Source: Octopus sinensis (Eukaryota). Taken from it: a stretch of 64,000 nt of DNA. Shown in pieces: positions 10,603-28,100 of the stretch. Within the stretch, counting starts at the first letter, position 1, and the number at the start of each line of letters is the position of its first letter. The stretch lies in the NCBI RefSeq assembly GCF_006345805.1, contig NC_043004.1, positions 87,978,001 through 88,042,000 of the forward strand. The letters are read 5' to 3'. The notes under the pieces were generated by a model, which saw nothing but the letters and a program-made list of their open reading frames with translations, did not search any database and was not told the origin of the DNA. The position numbers and the translations under genes were made by a program.

Positions 10603-13600
10603 ACCAGGCGAAGGCTCTCATGGCTTTTGAAATATCAGGCAGTGGCTATTATGGCTTCTGAAATACCAGGCAGTGGCTCTCAAGGCTTCTGAAATACCAG
10701 GCAGTGACTCTCATGGCTTTTGAAATACCAGGCAGTGGCTCTCATGACTTCTGAAATACCAGGCAGTGGCTCTCATGGCTTCTGAAATACCAGGCAGTGG
10801 CTCTCATGGCTTCTGAAATACCAGGCAGTGGCTCTCATGGCTTCTGAAATACCAGGCATGGCTCTCATGGCTTCTGAAATACCAGGCAGTGGCTCTCATG
10901 CTTCTGAAATACCAGGCAGTGGCTCTCATGGCTTCTGAAATACCAGGCAGTGGCTCTCATGGCTTCTGAAATACCAGGCAGTGGCTCTCATGGCTTCTGA
11001 AATACCAGGCAGTGGCTCTCATGGCTTCTGAAATCCAGGCAGTGGCTCTCATGGCTTCTGAAATACCAGGCAGTGGCTCTCATGACTTCTGAAATACCAG
11101 GCAGTGGCTCTCATGACTTCTGAAATACCAGGCAGTGACTCTCATGGCTTCTGAAATACCAGGCAGTGGCTCGCATGGCTTCTGAAATACCAGGCAGTGG
11201 CTCACATGACTTCTGAAATACCAGGCAGTGGCTCTCATGGCTTCTGAAATACCAGGCAGTGGCTCTCATGGCTTCTGAAATACCAGGCAGTGGCTCTCAT
11301 GGCTTCTGAAATACCAGGCAGTGGCTCACATGGCTTTTGAAATACCAGGCAGTGGCTCCATGGCTTCTGAAATACCAGCAGTGGCTCTCATGGCTTCTGA
11401 AATACCAGGCAGTGGCTCTCATGGCTTCTGAAATACCAGGCAGTGGCTCTCATGGCTTCTGAAATACCAGGCAGTGGCTCTCATGGCTTCTGAAATACCA
11501 GGCAGTGGCTCTCATGGCTTCTGAAATACCAGGCAGTGGCTCTCATGGCTTCTGAAATACCAGGCAGTGGCTCTCATGGCTTCTGAAATACCAGGCAGTG
11601 GCTCTCATGGCTTCTGAAATACCAGGCAGTGGCTCTCATGACTTCTGAAATACCAGGCAGTGACTCTCATGGCTTCTGAAATACCAGGCAGTGGCTCGCA
11701 TGGCTTCTGAAATACCAGGCAGTGGCTCTCATGGCTTCTGAAATACCAGGCAGTGGCTCTCATGGCTTTTGAAATACCAGGCAGTGGCTCTCATGGCTTC
11801 TGAAATACAAGGCAGTGGCTCTCTCATAGCTTCTGAAATACCAGGCAGTGCTCTCATGGCTTCTGAAATACAAGGCAGTGGCTCTCATGGCTTCTGAAAT
11901 ACCAGGCAGTGGCTTCATGGCTTCTGAAATACCAGGCAGTGGCTGTCGCATGGCTTTTGAAATACCAGGCAGTGAATCTCATGGCTTCTGAAATACCAGG
12001 CAGTGGCTCTCATGGTTCTGAAATACAAGGCAGTGGCTCTCATGGCTTCTGAAATACAAGGCAGTGGCTCTCATGGCTTCTGAAATACCAGCAGTGGCTC
12101 TCATGGCTTCTGAAATACCAGGCAGTGGCTCTCATGGCTTTTGAATACAGGCAGTGGCTCTCATGGCTTCTGAAATACCAGGCAGTGGCTCTCATGGCTT
12201 CTGAAATACCAGGCAGTGGCTCTCATAGCTTTTGAAATACCAGGCAGTGGCTCTCATGGCTTTTGAAATACCAGGCAGTGGCTCTCATGGCTTTTGAAAT
12301 ACCAGGCAGTGGCTCTCATGGCTTCTGAAATACAAGGCAGTGGCTCTCATGGCTTCTGAAATACCAGGCAGTGGCTCTCATGGCTTCTGAAATACAAGGC
12401 AGTGGCTCTCATGGCTTCTGAAATACAAGGCAGTGGCTCTCATGGCTTCTGAAATACCAGGCAGTGGCTCTCATGGCTTCTGAAATACCAGGCAGTGGCT
12501 CTCATGGCTTCTGAAATACAAGGCAGTGGCTCTCATGGCTTCTGAAATACCAGGCAGTGGCTCTCATGGCTTCTGAAATACCAGGCAGTGGCTCTCATGG
12601 CTTCTGAAATACCAGGCAGTGACTCTCATGACTTCTGAAATACCAGGCAGTGGCTCTCATGGCTTCTGAAATACCAGGCAGTGGCTCACATGGCTTCTGA
12701 AATACCAGGCAGTGGCTCACATGACTTCTGAAATACCAGGCAGTGGCTCTCATGGCTTCTGAAATACCGGGCAGTGACTTTCATAGCTTCTGAAATAACA
12801 GGCAGTGACTCTCATGGCTTCTGAAATACAAGGCAGTGGCTCTCATGGCTTCTGAAATACCAGGCAGTGGCTCTCATGGCTTCTGAAATACCAGGCAGTG
12901 GCTCACATGACTTCTGAAATACCAGGCAGTGGCTCTCATGGCTTCTGAAATACCAGGCAGTGACTTTCATAGCTTCTGAAATACCAGGCAGTGACTCTCA
13001 TGGCTTCTGAAATACAAGGCAGTGGCTCTCATGGCTTCTGAAATACCAGGCAGTGGCTCTCATAGCTTCTGAAATACCAGGCAGTGGCTCTCATAGCTTC
13101 TGAAATACCAGGCAGTGACTCTCATGGCTTTTGAAATACCAGGCAGTGGCTCACATGACTTCTGAAATACCAGGCAGTGGCTCACATGACTTCTGAAATA
13201 CCAGGCAGTGGCTCTCATGGCTTCTGAAATACCAGGCAGTGACTCTCATGGCTTTTGAAATACCAGGCAGTGACTCTCATGGCTTTTGAAATACCAGGCA
13301 GTGGCTCTCATGGCTTTTGAAATACCAGGCAGTGGCTCTCATGGCTTCTGAAATACCAGGCAGTGGCTCTCATGGCTTCTGAAATACCAGGCAGTGACTC
13401 TCATGGCTTTTGAAATACCAGGCAGTGGCTCTCATGGCTTCTGAAATACAAGGCAGTGGCTCTCATGGCTTCTGAAATACCAGGCAGTGGCTCTCATGGC
13501 TTCTGAAATACCAGGCAGTGGCTCTCATGGCTTCTGAAATACAAGGCTGTGGCTCTCATGGCTTCTGAAATACCAGGCAGTGGCTCTCATAGCTTCTGAA

Positions 13601-16600
13601 ATACCAGGCAGTGGCTCTCATGGCTTTTGAAATACCAGGCAGTGGCTCACATGACTTCTGAAATACCAGGCAGTGGCTCACATGACTTCTGAAATACCAG
13701 GCATTGGCTCTCATGGCTTCTGAAATACCAGGCAGTGACTCTCATGGCTTTTGAAATACCAGGCAGTGGCTCTCATGGCTTTTGAAATACCAGGCAGTGG
13801 CTCTCATGGCTTCTGAAATACCAGACAGTGACTCTCATGGCTTCTGAAATACCAGGCAGTGGCTCTCATGGCTTCTGAAATACCAGGCAGTGGCTCTCAT
13901 GGCTTCTGAAATACCAGACAGTGACTCTCATGGCTTTTGAAATACCAGGCAGTGGCTCTCATGGCTTCTGAAATACCAGGCAGTGGCTCTCATGGCTTCT
14001 GAAATACCAGGCAGTGACTCTCATGGCTTCTGAAATACCAGGCAGTGGCTCTCATGGCTTTTGAAATACCAGGCAGTGGCTCTCATGGCTTCTGAAATAC
14101 CAAGCAGTGGCTCACATGGCTTTTGAAATACCAGGCAGTGGCTCTCATGGCTTCTGAAATACCAGGCAGTGGCTCTCATGGCTTCTGAAATACCAGGCAG
14201 TGACTCTCATGGCTTTTGAAATACCAGGCAGTGGCTCTCATGGCTTCTGAAATACCAGGCAGTGGCTCTCATGGCTTTTGAAATACCAGGCAGTGGCTCA
14301 CATGGCTTCTGAAATACCAGGCAGTGGCTCTCATGGCTTCTGAAATACCAGGCAGTGACTCTCATGGCTTTTGAAATACCAGGCAGTGGCTCTCATGGCT
14401 TTTGAAATACCAGGCAGTGGCTCTCATGGCTTCTGAAATACCAGGCAGTGACTCTCATGGCTTCTGAAATACCAGGCAGTGGCTCTCATGGCTTCTGAAA
14501 TACCAGGCAGTGGCTCACATGGCTTTTGAAATATCAGGCAGTGGCTCTCATGGCCTCTGAAATACCAGGCAGTGGCTCTCATGGCTTCTGAAATACCAGG
14601 CAGTGACTCTCATGGCTTTTGAAATACCAGGCAGTGGCTCTCATGGCTTTTGAAATACCAGGCAGTGGCTCTTATGGCTTTTGAAATACCAGGCAGTGGC
14701 TCTCATGGCTTCTGAAATACCAGTCAGTGGCTCTCATAGCTACTGAAATACCAGGCAGTGGCTCTCATGGCTTCTGAAATACCAGGCAGTGGCTCTCATG
14801 GCTTCTGAAATACCAGGCAGTGGCTCTCATGGCTTCTGAAATACCAGGCAGTGACTCTCATGGCTTTTGAAATACCAGGCAGTGGCTCTCATGGCTTCTG
14901 AAATACCAGGCAGTGACTCTCATGGCTTCTTAAATACCAGGCAGTGGCTCGCATGGCTTCTGAAATACCAGGCAGTGGCTCTCATGGCTTCTGAAATACC
15001 AGGCAGTGGCTCTCATGGCTTCTGAAATACCAGGCAGTGGCTCTCATGGCTTCTGAAATACAAGGCAGTGGCTCTCATGGCTTCTGAAATACAAGGCAGT
15101 GGCTCTCATGGCTTCTGAAATACCAGGCAGTGGCTCTCATGGCTTCTGAAATACCAAGCAGTGACTTTCATGGCTTCTGAAATACCAGGCAGTGACTCTC
15201 ATGGCTTCTGAAATACCAGGCAGTGGCTCTCATGGCTTTTGAAATACCAGGATGTGGCTCACATGACTTCTGAAATACCAGGCAGTGGCTCTCATTGCTT
15301 CTGAAATACAAGGCAGTGGCTCTCATAGCTTCTGAAATACCAGGCAGTGGCTCTCATAGCTTCTGAAATACCAGGCAGTGGCTCTCATGGCTTCTGAAAT
15401 ACCAGGCAGTGGCTCTCATGGCTTCTGAAATACCAGGCAGTGGCTCTCATGGCTTCTGAAATACCAGGCAGTGGCTCTCATAGCTTCTGAAATACCAGGC
15501 AGTGACTCTCATGGCTTCTGAAATACCAGGCAGTGGCTCTCATAGCTTCTGAAATACCAGGCAGTGGCTCACATGGCTTTTGAAATACCAGGCAGTGGCT
15601 CTCATGGCTTCTGAAATACCAGGCAGTGGCTCTCATGGCTTCTGAAATACCAGGCAGTGGCTCTCATGGCTTCTGAAATACCAGGCAGTGGCTCTCATAG
15701 CTTCTTAAATACCAGGCAGTGACTGTCATGGCTTTTGAAATACCAGGCAGTGGCTCACATGGCTTTTGAAATACCAGGCAGTGACTCTCATGGCTTCTGA
15801 AATACCAGGCAGTTACTCTCATGGCTTCTGAAATACCAGGCAGTGGCTCTCATAGCTTCTGAAATACCAGGCAGTGAATCTCATGGCTTCTGAAATACCA
15901 GGCAGTGGCTCACATGGCTTTTGAAATACCAGGCAGTGGCTCACATGGCTTCTGAAATACCAGGCAGTGACTCTCATGGCTTTCGAAATACCAGGCAGTG
16001 GCTCACATGACTTCTGAAATACCAGGCAGTGGCTCACATGGCTTTTGAAATACCAGGCAGTGGCTCTCATGGCTTCTGAAATACCAGGCAGTGGCTCACA
16101 TGGCTTTTGAAATACCAGGCAGTGGCTCTCATAGCTTTTGAAATACCAGGCAGTGACTCTCATGGCTTTTGAAATACCAGGCAGTGGCTCACATGACTTC
16201 TGAAATACCAGGCAGTGGCTCTCATGGCTTCTGAAATACCAGGCAGTGGCTCTCATGGCTTCTGAAATACCAGGCAGTGGCTCTCATGGCTTCTGAAATA
16301 CCAGGCAGTGGCTCTCATGGCTTCTGAAATACCAGGCAGTGGCTCTCATGGCTTCTGAAATACCAGGCAGTGGCTCTCATGGCTTCTGAAATACCAGGCA
16401 GTGGCTCTCATGGCTTCTGAAATACCAGGCAGTGACTTTCATGGCTTCTGAAATACCAGGCAGTGGCTCACATGGCTTCTGAAATACCAGGCAGTGACTC
16501 TCATGGCTTTTGAAATACCAGGCAGTGGCTCTCATGGCTTCTGAAATACCAGGCAGTGGCTCACATGGCTTCTGAAATACCAGGCAGTGGCTCTCATGGC

Positions 16601-17151
16601 TTCTGAAATACCAGGCAGGTGGTCTCTCATGGCTTCTGAAATACCAGGCAGTGGCTCTCATGGCTTCTGAAATACCAGGCATGACTTTCATGGCTTCTGA
16701 AATACCAGGCAGTGGCTCTGATGGCTTCTGAAATACCAGGCAGTGGCTCTCATGGCTTCTGAAATACCAGGCAGTGGCTCTCATGGCTTCTGAAATACCA
16801 GGCAGTGACTTTCATGGCTTCTGAAATACCAGGCAGTGGCTCTCATGGCTTCTGAAATACCAGGCAGTGGCTCTCATGGCTTCTGAAATACCAGGCAGTG
16901 GCTCTCATGGCTTCTGAAATACCAGGCAGTGACTCCATGGCTTCTGAAATACCAGGCAGTGGCTCTCATGGCTTCTGAAATACCAGGCAGTGGCTCTCAT
17001 GGCTTCTGAAATACCAGGCAGTGGCTCTCATGGCTTCTGAAATACCAGGCAGTGACTTTCATGGCTTCTGAAATACCAGGCAGTGGCTCACATGGCTTCT
17101 GAAATACCAGGCAGTGGCTCTCATAGCTTCTGAAATACCAGCTTCTGAAAT

Positions 17152-17153
<2 letters not shown>
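10603..17153 (+). repeat. 31-bp tandem satellite, array 1 (about 211 units)
   Basis: Consensus ggcttctgaaataccaggcagtggctctcat. The period of 31 is confirmed by unit starts (10741 to 10772) and by the 31-aa cyclic translation of three units. Confidence 0.99.
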
Positions 17154-19180
<2,027 letters not shown>

Positions 19181-22100
19181 CATGGCTTCTGAAATACCAG
19201 GCAGTGGCTCTCATGGCTTCTGAAATACCAGGCAGTGACTCTCATGGCTTTTGAAATACCAGGCAGTGGCTCTCATGGCTTCTGAAATACCAGGCAGTGG
19301 CTCACATGGCTTCTGAAATACCAGGCAGTGGCTCTCATAGCTTCTGAAATACCAGGCAGTGGCTCTCATGGCTTCTGAAATACCAGGCAGTGGCTCTCAT
19401 GGCTTCTGAAATACCAGGCAGTGGCTCTCATGGCGTCTGAAATACCAGGCAGTGGCTCTCATGGCTTTTGAAATACCAGGCAGTGGCTCTCATAGCTTCT
19501 GAAATACCAGGCAGTGGCTCCCATAGCTTCTGAAATACCAGGCAGTGGCTCACATGGCTTCTGAAATACCAGGCAGTGGCTCTCATGGCTTCTGAAATAC
19601 CAGGCAGTGGCTCTCATAGCTTCTGAAATACCAGGCAGTGGCTCACATGGCTTCTGAAATACCGTGCTTCTGAAGTACCAGTCAGTGACTCTCATGGCTT
19701 CTGAAATACCAGGCAGTGGCTCACATGGCTTCTGAAATACCAGGCAGTGGCTCTCATAGCTTCTGAAATACCAGGCAGTGGCTCTCATGGCTTCTGAAAT
19801 ACCGGGCAGTGGCTCACATGGCTTCTGAAATACCAGGCAGTGGCTCTCATAGCTTCTGAAATACCAGACAGTGGCTCCCATAGCTTCTGAAATACCAGGC
19901 AGTGGCTCTCATAGCTTCTGAAATACCAGGCAGTGGCTCCCATAGCTTCTGAAATACCAGACAGTGGCTCTCATAGCTTCTGAAATACCAGGCAGTGGCA
20001 CTCATAGCTTCTGAAATACCAGACAGTGGCTCTCATAGCTTCTGAAATACCAGACAGTGGCTCCCATAGCTTCTGAAATACCAGGCAGTGGCTCCCATAG
20101 CTTCTGAAATACCAGGCAGTGGCTCTCATAGCTTCTGAAATACCAGACAGTGGCTCGCATAGCTTCTGAAATACCAGACAGTGGCTCTCAGAGCTTCTGA
20201 AATACCAGGCAGTGGCTCTTATGGCTTCTGAAATACCAGGCAGTGGCTCACATGGCTTCTGAAATACCAGACAGTGGCTCTCATAGCTTCTGAAATACCA
20301 GGCAGTGGCTCTTATGGCTTCTGAAATACCAGGCAGTGGCTCACATGGCTTCTGAAATACCAGGCAGTGGCTCTCATAGCTTCTGAAATACCAGGCAGTG
20401 GCTCTCATGGCTTCTGAAATACCAGGCAGTGGCTCTTATGGCTTCTGAAATACCAGACAGTGGCTCTCATAGCTTCTGAAATACCAGACAGTGGCTCTCA
20501 TAGCTTCTGAAATACCAGGCAGTGGCTCTTATGGCTTCTGAAATACCAGGCAGTGGCTCACATGGCTTCTGAAATACCAGGCAGTGGCTCTCATAGCTTC
20601 TGAAATACCAGGCAGTGGCTCTTATGGCTTCTGAAATACCAGGCAGTGGCTCACATGGCTTCTGAAATACCAGGCAGTGGCTCTCATAGCTTCTGAAATA
20701 CCAGGCAGTGGCTCTCATAGCTTCTGAAATACCAGGCACTGGCTCTCATGGCTTCTGAAATACAAAAGAGTGGCTCATAGCTTCTGAAATACCAGACAGT
20801 GGCTCTCATAGCTTCTGAAATACCAGGCAGTGGCTCTCATAGCTTCTGAAATACCAGGCAGTGGCTCTCATGGCTTCTGAAATACCAGACAGTGGCTCTC
20901 ATAGCTTCTGAAATACCAGACAGTGGCTCTCATAGCTTCTGAAATACCAGGCAGTGGCTCTTATGGCTTCTGAAATACCAGGCAGTGGCTCACATGGCTT
21001 CTGAAATACCAGGCAGTGGCTCTCATAGCTTCTGAAATACCAGGCAGTGGCTCTTATGGCTTCTGAAATACCAGGCAGTGGCTCACATGGCTTCTGAAAT
21101 ACCAGGCAGTGGCTCTCATAGCTTCTGAAATACCAGGCAGTGGCTCTCATAGCTTCTGAAATACCAGGCAGTGGCTCTTATGGCTTCTGAAATACCAGAC
21201 AGTGGCTCTCATAGCTTCTGAAATACCAGACAGTGGCTCTCATAGCTTCTGAAATACCAGGCAGTGGCTCTTATGGCTTCTGAAATACCAGGCAGTGGCT
21301 CACAGGGCTTCTGAAATACCAGGCAGTTGCTCTCATGGCTTTTGAAATACCAGGCAGTGGCTCACATGACTTCTGAAATACCAGGCAGTGGCTCTCATTG
21401 CTTCTGAAATAACAGGCAGTGGCTCTCATAGCTTCTGAAATACCAGGCAGTGGCTCTCATGGCTTCTGAAATACCAGGCAGTGGCTCACATGGCTTCTGA
21501 AATACCAGCAGTGGCTCTCATAGCTTCTGAAATCCAGCAGTGGCTCACATGGCTTCTGAAATACCAGGCAGTGGCTCTCATGCTTCTGAAATACCAGGCA
21601 GTGGCTCACATGGCTTCTGAAATACCAGGCAGTGGCTCTCATGACTTTTGAAATACCAGGCAGTGGCTCACATGTTCTGAAATACCAGGCAGTGGCTCTC
21701 ATTGCTTTGAAATACAGGCAGTGGCTCTCATAGCTTCTGAAATACCAGGTAGTGGCTCACATAGCTTCTGAAATACCAGGCAGTGGCTCTCATGGCTTTT
21801 GAAATACCAGGCAGTGGCTCACATGACTTCTGAAATACCAGGCAGTGGCTCTCATTGCTTCTGAAATACAAGGCAGTGGCTCTCATAGCTTCTGAAATAC
21901 CAGGCAGTGGCTCTCATAGCTTCTGAAATACTAGGCAGTGGCTCTCATAGCTTCTGAAATACCAGGCAGTGGCTCTCATGGCTTCTGAAATACCAGGCAG
22001 TGGCTCTCATGGCTTTTGAAATACCAGGCAGTGGCTCACATGACTTCTGAAATACCAGGCAGTGGCTCTCATAGCTTCTGAAATACAAGGCAGTGGCTCT

Positions 22101-25100
22101 CATAGCTTCTGAAATACCAGGCAGTGGGTCTCATAGCTTCTGAAATACCAGGCAGTGGCTCTCATAGCTTCTGAAATACCAGGCAGTGTCTCTCATGGCT
22201 TCTGAAATACCAGGCAGTGGCTCACATGACTTCTGAAATACCAGGCAGTGGCTCGCATGGCTTTTGAAATACCAGGCAGTGGCTCACATGACTTCTGAAA
22301 TACCAGGCAGTGGCTCTCATAGCTTCTGAAATACCAGGCAGTGGCTCTCATGGCTTCTGAAATACCAGGCAGTGGCTCTCATAGCTTCTGAAATACCAGG
22401 CAGTGGCTCACATGGCTTCTGAAATACCAGGCAGTGGCTCTCATGGCTTTTGAAATACCAGGCAGTGGCTCACATGACTTCTGAAATACCAGGCAGTGGC
22501 TCACATGACTTCTGAAATACCAGGCAGTGGCTCACATGACTTCTGAAATACCAGGCAGTGGCTCTCATTGCTTTTGAAATACCAGGCAGTGGCTCACATG
22601 ACTTCTGAAATACCAGGCAGTGGCTCACATGACTTCTGAAATACCAGGCAGTGGCTCACATGATTTCTGAAATACCAGGCAGTGGCTCTCATTGCTTCTT
22701 CTGAAAAACCAGGCAGTGTGGCTCTCATTGCTTCTGAAATATCAGGCAGTGGCTCTCATGGCTTCTGAAATACCAGGCAGTGGCTCACATAGCTTCTGAA
22801 ATTTCAGGCCGTGGCTCTCATAGCTTTTGAAATACCAGGCAGTGGCTGACATGACTTCTGAAATACCAGGCAGTGGCTCTCATGGCTTCTGAAATACCAG
22901 GCAGTGGCTCACATGGCTTCTGAAATACCAGGCAGTGGCTCACATGGCTTCTGAAATACCAGGCAGTGGCTCACATGGCTTCTGAAATACCAGGCAGTGG
23001 CTCACATGGCTTCTGAAATACCAGGCAGTGGCTCTCATGGCTTTTGAAATACCAGGCAGTGGCTCACATGACTTCTGAAATACCAGGCAGTGGCTCTCAT
23101 AGCTTCTGAAATACCAGGCAGTGGCTCTTATGGCTTCTGAAATACCAGACAGTGGCTCTCATAGCTTCTGAAATACCAGACAGTGGCTCTCATAGCTTCT
23201 GAAATACCAGGCAGTGGCTCTCATAGCTTCTGAAATACCAGGCAGTGGCTCTCATGGCTTCTGAAATACCAGACAGTGGCTCTCATAGCTTCTGAAATAC
23301 CAGACAGTGGCTCTCATAGCTTCTGAAATACCAGGCAGTGGCTCTTATGGCTTCTGAAATACCAGGCAGTGGCTCACATGGCTTCTGAAATACCAGGCAG
23401 TGGCTCTCATAGCTTCTGAAATACCAGGCAGTGGCTCTTATGGCTTCTGAAATACCAGGCAGTGGCTCTCATATCTTCTGAAATACCAGGCAGTGGCTCT
23501 TATGGCTTCTGAAATACCAGACAGTGGCTCTCATAGCTTCTGAAATACCAGACAGTGGCTCTCATAGCTTCTGAAATACCAGGCAGTGGCTCTTATGGCT
23601 TCTGAAATACCAGGCAGTGGCTCACATGGCTTCTGAAATACCAGGCAGTTGCTCTCATGGCTTTTGAAATACCAGGCAGTGGCTCACATGACTTCTGAAA
23701 TACCAGGCAGTGGCTCTCATTGCTTCTGAAATAACAGGCAGTGGCTCTCATGGCTTCTGAAATACCAGGCAGTGGCTCACATGGCTTCTGAAATACCAGG
23801 CAGTGGCTCTCATAGCTTCTGAAATACCAGGCAGTGGCTCACATGGCATCTGAAATACCAGGCAGTGGCTCTCATAGCTTCTGAAATACCAGGCAGTGGC
23901 TCTCATGGCTTCTGAAATACCAGGCAGTGGCTCACATGGCTTCTGAAATACCAGGCAGTGGCTCTCATAGCTTCTGAAATACCAGGCAGTGGCTCTCATA
24001 GCTTCTGAAATACCAGGCAGTGGCTCACATGGCTTCTGAAATACCAGGCAGTGGCTCTCATGGCTTCTGAAATACCAGGCAGTGGCTCACATGACTTCTG
24101 AAATACCAGGCAGTGGCTCTCATGGCTTCTGAAATACCAGGCAGTGGCTCTCATAGCTTCTGAAATACCAGGCAGTGGCTCACATGGCTTCTGAAATACC
24201 AGGCAGTGGCTCTCATGGCTTTTGAAATACCAGGCAGTGGCTCACATGACTTCTGAAATACCAGGCAGTGGCTCTCATTGCTTTTGAAATACCAGGCAGT
24301 GGCTCTCATAGCTTCTGAAATACCAGGTAGTGGCTCACATAGCTTCTGAAATACCAGGCAGTGGCTCTCATGGCTTTTGAAATACCAGGCAGTGGCTCAC
24401 ATGACTTCTGAAATACCAGGCAGTGGTTCTCATTGCTTCTGAAATACAAGGCAGTGGCTCTCATAGCTTCTGAAATACCAGGCAGTGGCTCTCATAGCTT
24501 CTGAAATACCAGGCAGTGGCTCTCATAGCTTCTGAAATACCAGGCAGTGGCTCTCATGGCTTCTGAAATACCAGGCAGTGGCTCTCATGGCTTTTGAAAT
24601 ACCAGGCAGTGGCTCACATGACTTCTGAAATACCAGGCAGTGGCTCTCATAGCTTCTGAAATACAAGGCAGTGGCTCTCATAGCTTCTGAAATACCAGGC
24701 AGTGGGTCTCATAGCTTCTGAAATACCAGGCAGTGGCTCTCATAGCTTCTGAAATACCAGGCAGTGGCTCTCATGGCTTCTGAAATACCAGGCAGTGGCT
24801 CACATGACTTCTGAAATACCAGGCAGTGGCTCGCATGGCTTTTGAAATACCAGGCAGTGGCTCACATGATTTCTGAAATACCAGGCAGTGGCTCTCATTG
24901 CTTCTGAAATACCAGGCAGTGGCTCTCATTGCTTCTGAAATATCAGGCAGTGGCTCTCATGGCTTCTGAAATACCAGGCAGTGGCTCACATAGCTTCTGA
25001 AATTTCAGGCCGTGGCTCTCATAGCTTTTGAAATACCAGGCAGTGGCTGACATGACTTCTGAAATACCAGGCAGTGGCTCTCATGGCTTCTGAAATACCA

Positions 25101-28100
25101 GGCAGTGGCTCACATGGCTTCTGAAATACCAGGCAGTGGCTCACATGGCTTCTGAAATACCAGGCAGTGGCTCACATGGCTTCTGAAATACCAGGCAGTG
25201 GCTCTCATAGCTTCTGAAATACCAGGCAGTGGCTCCATGGCTTCTGAAATACCAGGCAGTGGCTCTCATGGCTTCTGAAATACCAGGCAGTGGCTCACAT
25301 GACTTCTGAAATACCAGGCAGTGGCTCTCATGGCTTCTGAAATACCAGGCAGTGGCTCTCATAGCTTCTGAAATACCAGGCAGTGGCTCACATGGCTTCT
25401 GAAATACCAGGCAGTGGCTCTCATGGCTTTTGAAATACCAGGCAGTGGCTCACATGACTTCTGAAATACCAGGCAGTGGCTCTCATTGCTTTTGAAATAC
25501 CAGGCAGTGGCTCTCATAGCTTCTGAAATACCAGGTAGTGGCTCACATAGCTTCTGAAATACCAGGCAGTGGCTCTCATGGCTTTTGAAATACCAGGCAG
25601 TGGCTCACATGACTTCTGAAATACCAGGCAGTGGTTCTCATTGCTTCTGAAATACAAGGCAGTGGCTCTCATAGCTTCTGAAATACCAGGCAGTGGCTCT
25701 CATAGCTTCTGAATACCAGGCAGTGGCTCTCATAGCTTCTGAAATACCAGGCAGTGGCTCTCATGGCTTCTGAAATACCAGGCAGTGGCTCTCATGGCTT
25801 TTGAAATACCAGCAGTGGCTCACATGACTTCTGAAATACCAGGCAGTGGCTCTCATAGCTTCTGAAATACAAGGCAGTGGCTCTCATAGCTTCTGAAATA
25901 CCAGGCAGTGGGTCTCATAGCTTCTGAAATACCAGGCAGTGGCTCTCATAGCTTCTGAAATACCAGGCAGTGGCTCTCATGCTTCTGAAATACAAGGCAG
26001 TGGCTCTCATGGCTTCTGAAATACCAGGCAGTGGGTCTCATAGCTTCTGAAATACCAGGCAGTGGCTCTCATAGCTTCTGAAATACCAGGCAGTGGCTCA
26101 CATGGCTTCTGAAATACCAGGCAGGCAGTGGCTCTCATGGCTTCTGAAATACCAGGCAGCAGTGGCTCACATGACTTCTGAAATACCAGGCAGTGGCTCT
26201 CATGGCTTCTGAAATACCAGGCAGTGGCTCTCATAGCTTCTGAAATACCAGGCAGTGGCTCACATGGCTTCTGAAATACCAGGCAGTGGCTCTCATGGCT
26301 TTTGAAATACCAGGCAGTGGCTCACATGATTTCTGAAATACCAGGCAGTGGCTCTCATTGCTTTTGAAATACCAGGCAGTGGCTCTCATAGCTTCTGAAA
26401 TACCAGGCAGTGGCTCACATAGCTTCTGAAATACCAGGCAGTGGCTCTCATGGCTTTTGAAATACCAGGCAGTGGCTCTCATGGCTTTTGAAATACCAGG
26501 CAGTGGCTGACATGACTTCTGAAATACCAGGCAGTGGTTCTCATTGCTTCTGAAATACAAGGCAGTGGCTCTCATAGCTTCTGAAATACCAGGCAGTGCT
26601 CTCATAGCTTCTGAGCTTCTGAAATACCAGGCAGCAGTGCTCTCATAGCTTCTGAAATACCAGGCAGTGGCTCTCATGGCTTCTGAAATACCAGGCAGTG
26701 GCTCTTATGGCTTCTGAAATACCAGGCAGTGGCTCACATGGACTTCTGAAATACCAGGCAGTGGCTCTCATAGCTTCTGAAATACCAGGCAGTGGCTCTC
26801 ATAGCTTCTGAAATACCAGGCAGTGGCTCTCATAGCTTCTGAAATACCAGGCAGTGGCTCTCATAGCTTCTGAAATACCAGGCAGTGGCTCTCATGGCTT
26901 CTGAAATACCAGGCAGTGGCTCACATGACTTCTGAAATACCAGGCAGTGGCTCGCATGGCTTTTGAAATACCAGGCAGTGGCTCACATGACTTCTGAAAT
27001 ACCAGGCAGTGGCTCTCATAGCTTCTGAAATACCAGGCAGTGGCTCTCATATCTTCTGAAATACCAGGCAGTGGCTCTCATGGCTTCTGAAATACCAGGC
27101 AGTGGCTCACATGGCTTCTGAAATACCAGGCAGTGGCTCTCATGGCTTTTGAAATACCAGGCAGTGGCTCAATGACTTCTGAAATACCAGGCAGTGGCTC
27201 ACATGACTTCTGAATACCAGGCAGTGGCTCACATGACTTCTGAAATACCAGGCAGTGGCTCTCATTGCTTTTGAAATACCAGGCAGTGGCTCACATGACT
27301 TCTGAAATACCAGGCAGTGGCTCACATGACTTCTGAAATACCAGGCAGTGGCTCACATGACTTCTGAAATACCAGGCAGTGGCTCTCATTGCTTCTGAAA
27401 TACCAGGCAGTGGCTCTCATTGCTTCTGAAATATCAGGCAGTGGCTCTCATGGCTTCTGAAATACCAGGCAGTGGCTCTCATTGCTTCTGAAATTTCAGG
27501 CCGTGGCTCTCATAGCTTTTGAAATACCAGGCAGTGGCTCACATGACTTCTGAAATACCAGGCAGTGGCTCTCATGGCTTCTGAAATACCAGGCAGTGGC
27601 TCACATGGCTTCTGAAATACCAGGCAGTGGCTCACATGGCTTCTGAAATACCAGGCAGTGGCTCACATGGCTTCTGAAATACCAGGCAGTGGCTCACATG
27701 GCTTCTGAAATACCAGGCAGTGGCTCTCATGGCTTTTGAAATACCAGGCAGTGGCTCACATGACTTCTGAAATACCAGGCAGTGGCTCTCATTGCTTCTG
27801 AAATACCAGGCAGTGACTCTCATGGCTTCTGAAATACCAGGCAGTGGCTCTCATAGCTTCTGAAATACCAGGCAGTGGCTCTCATAGCTTCTGAAATACC
27901 AGGCAGTGGCTCACATAGCTTCAGAAATACCAGGCAGTGGCTCTCATGGCTTTTGAAATACCAGGCAGTGGCTCACATGACTTCTGAAATACCAGGCAGT
28001 GGCTCTCATTGCTTCTGAAATACCAGGCAGTGGCTCACATAGCTTCTGAAATACCAGGCAGTGGCTCTCATAGCTTCTGAAATACCAGGCAGTGGCTCTC

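Noticed and set aside
10603-10700. Heat-shock or STAT element array in the monomer (cTTCtGAAa)
   Set aside because: TTC-GAA spacing is 1 nt, whereas HSE needs 2 and STAT 3-4.
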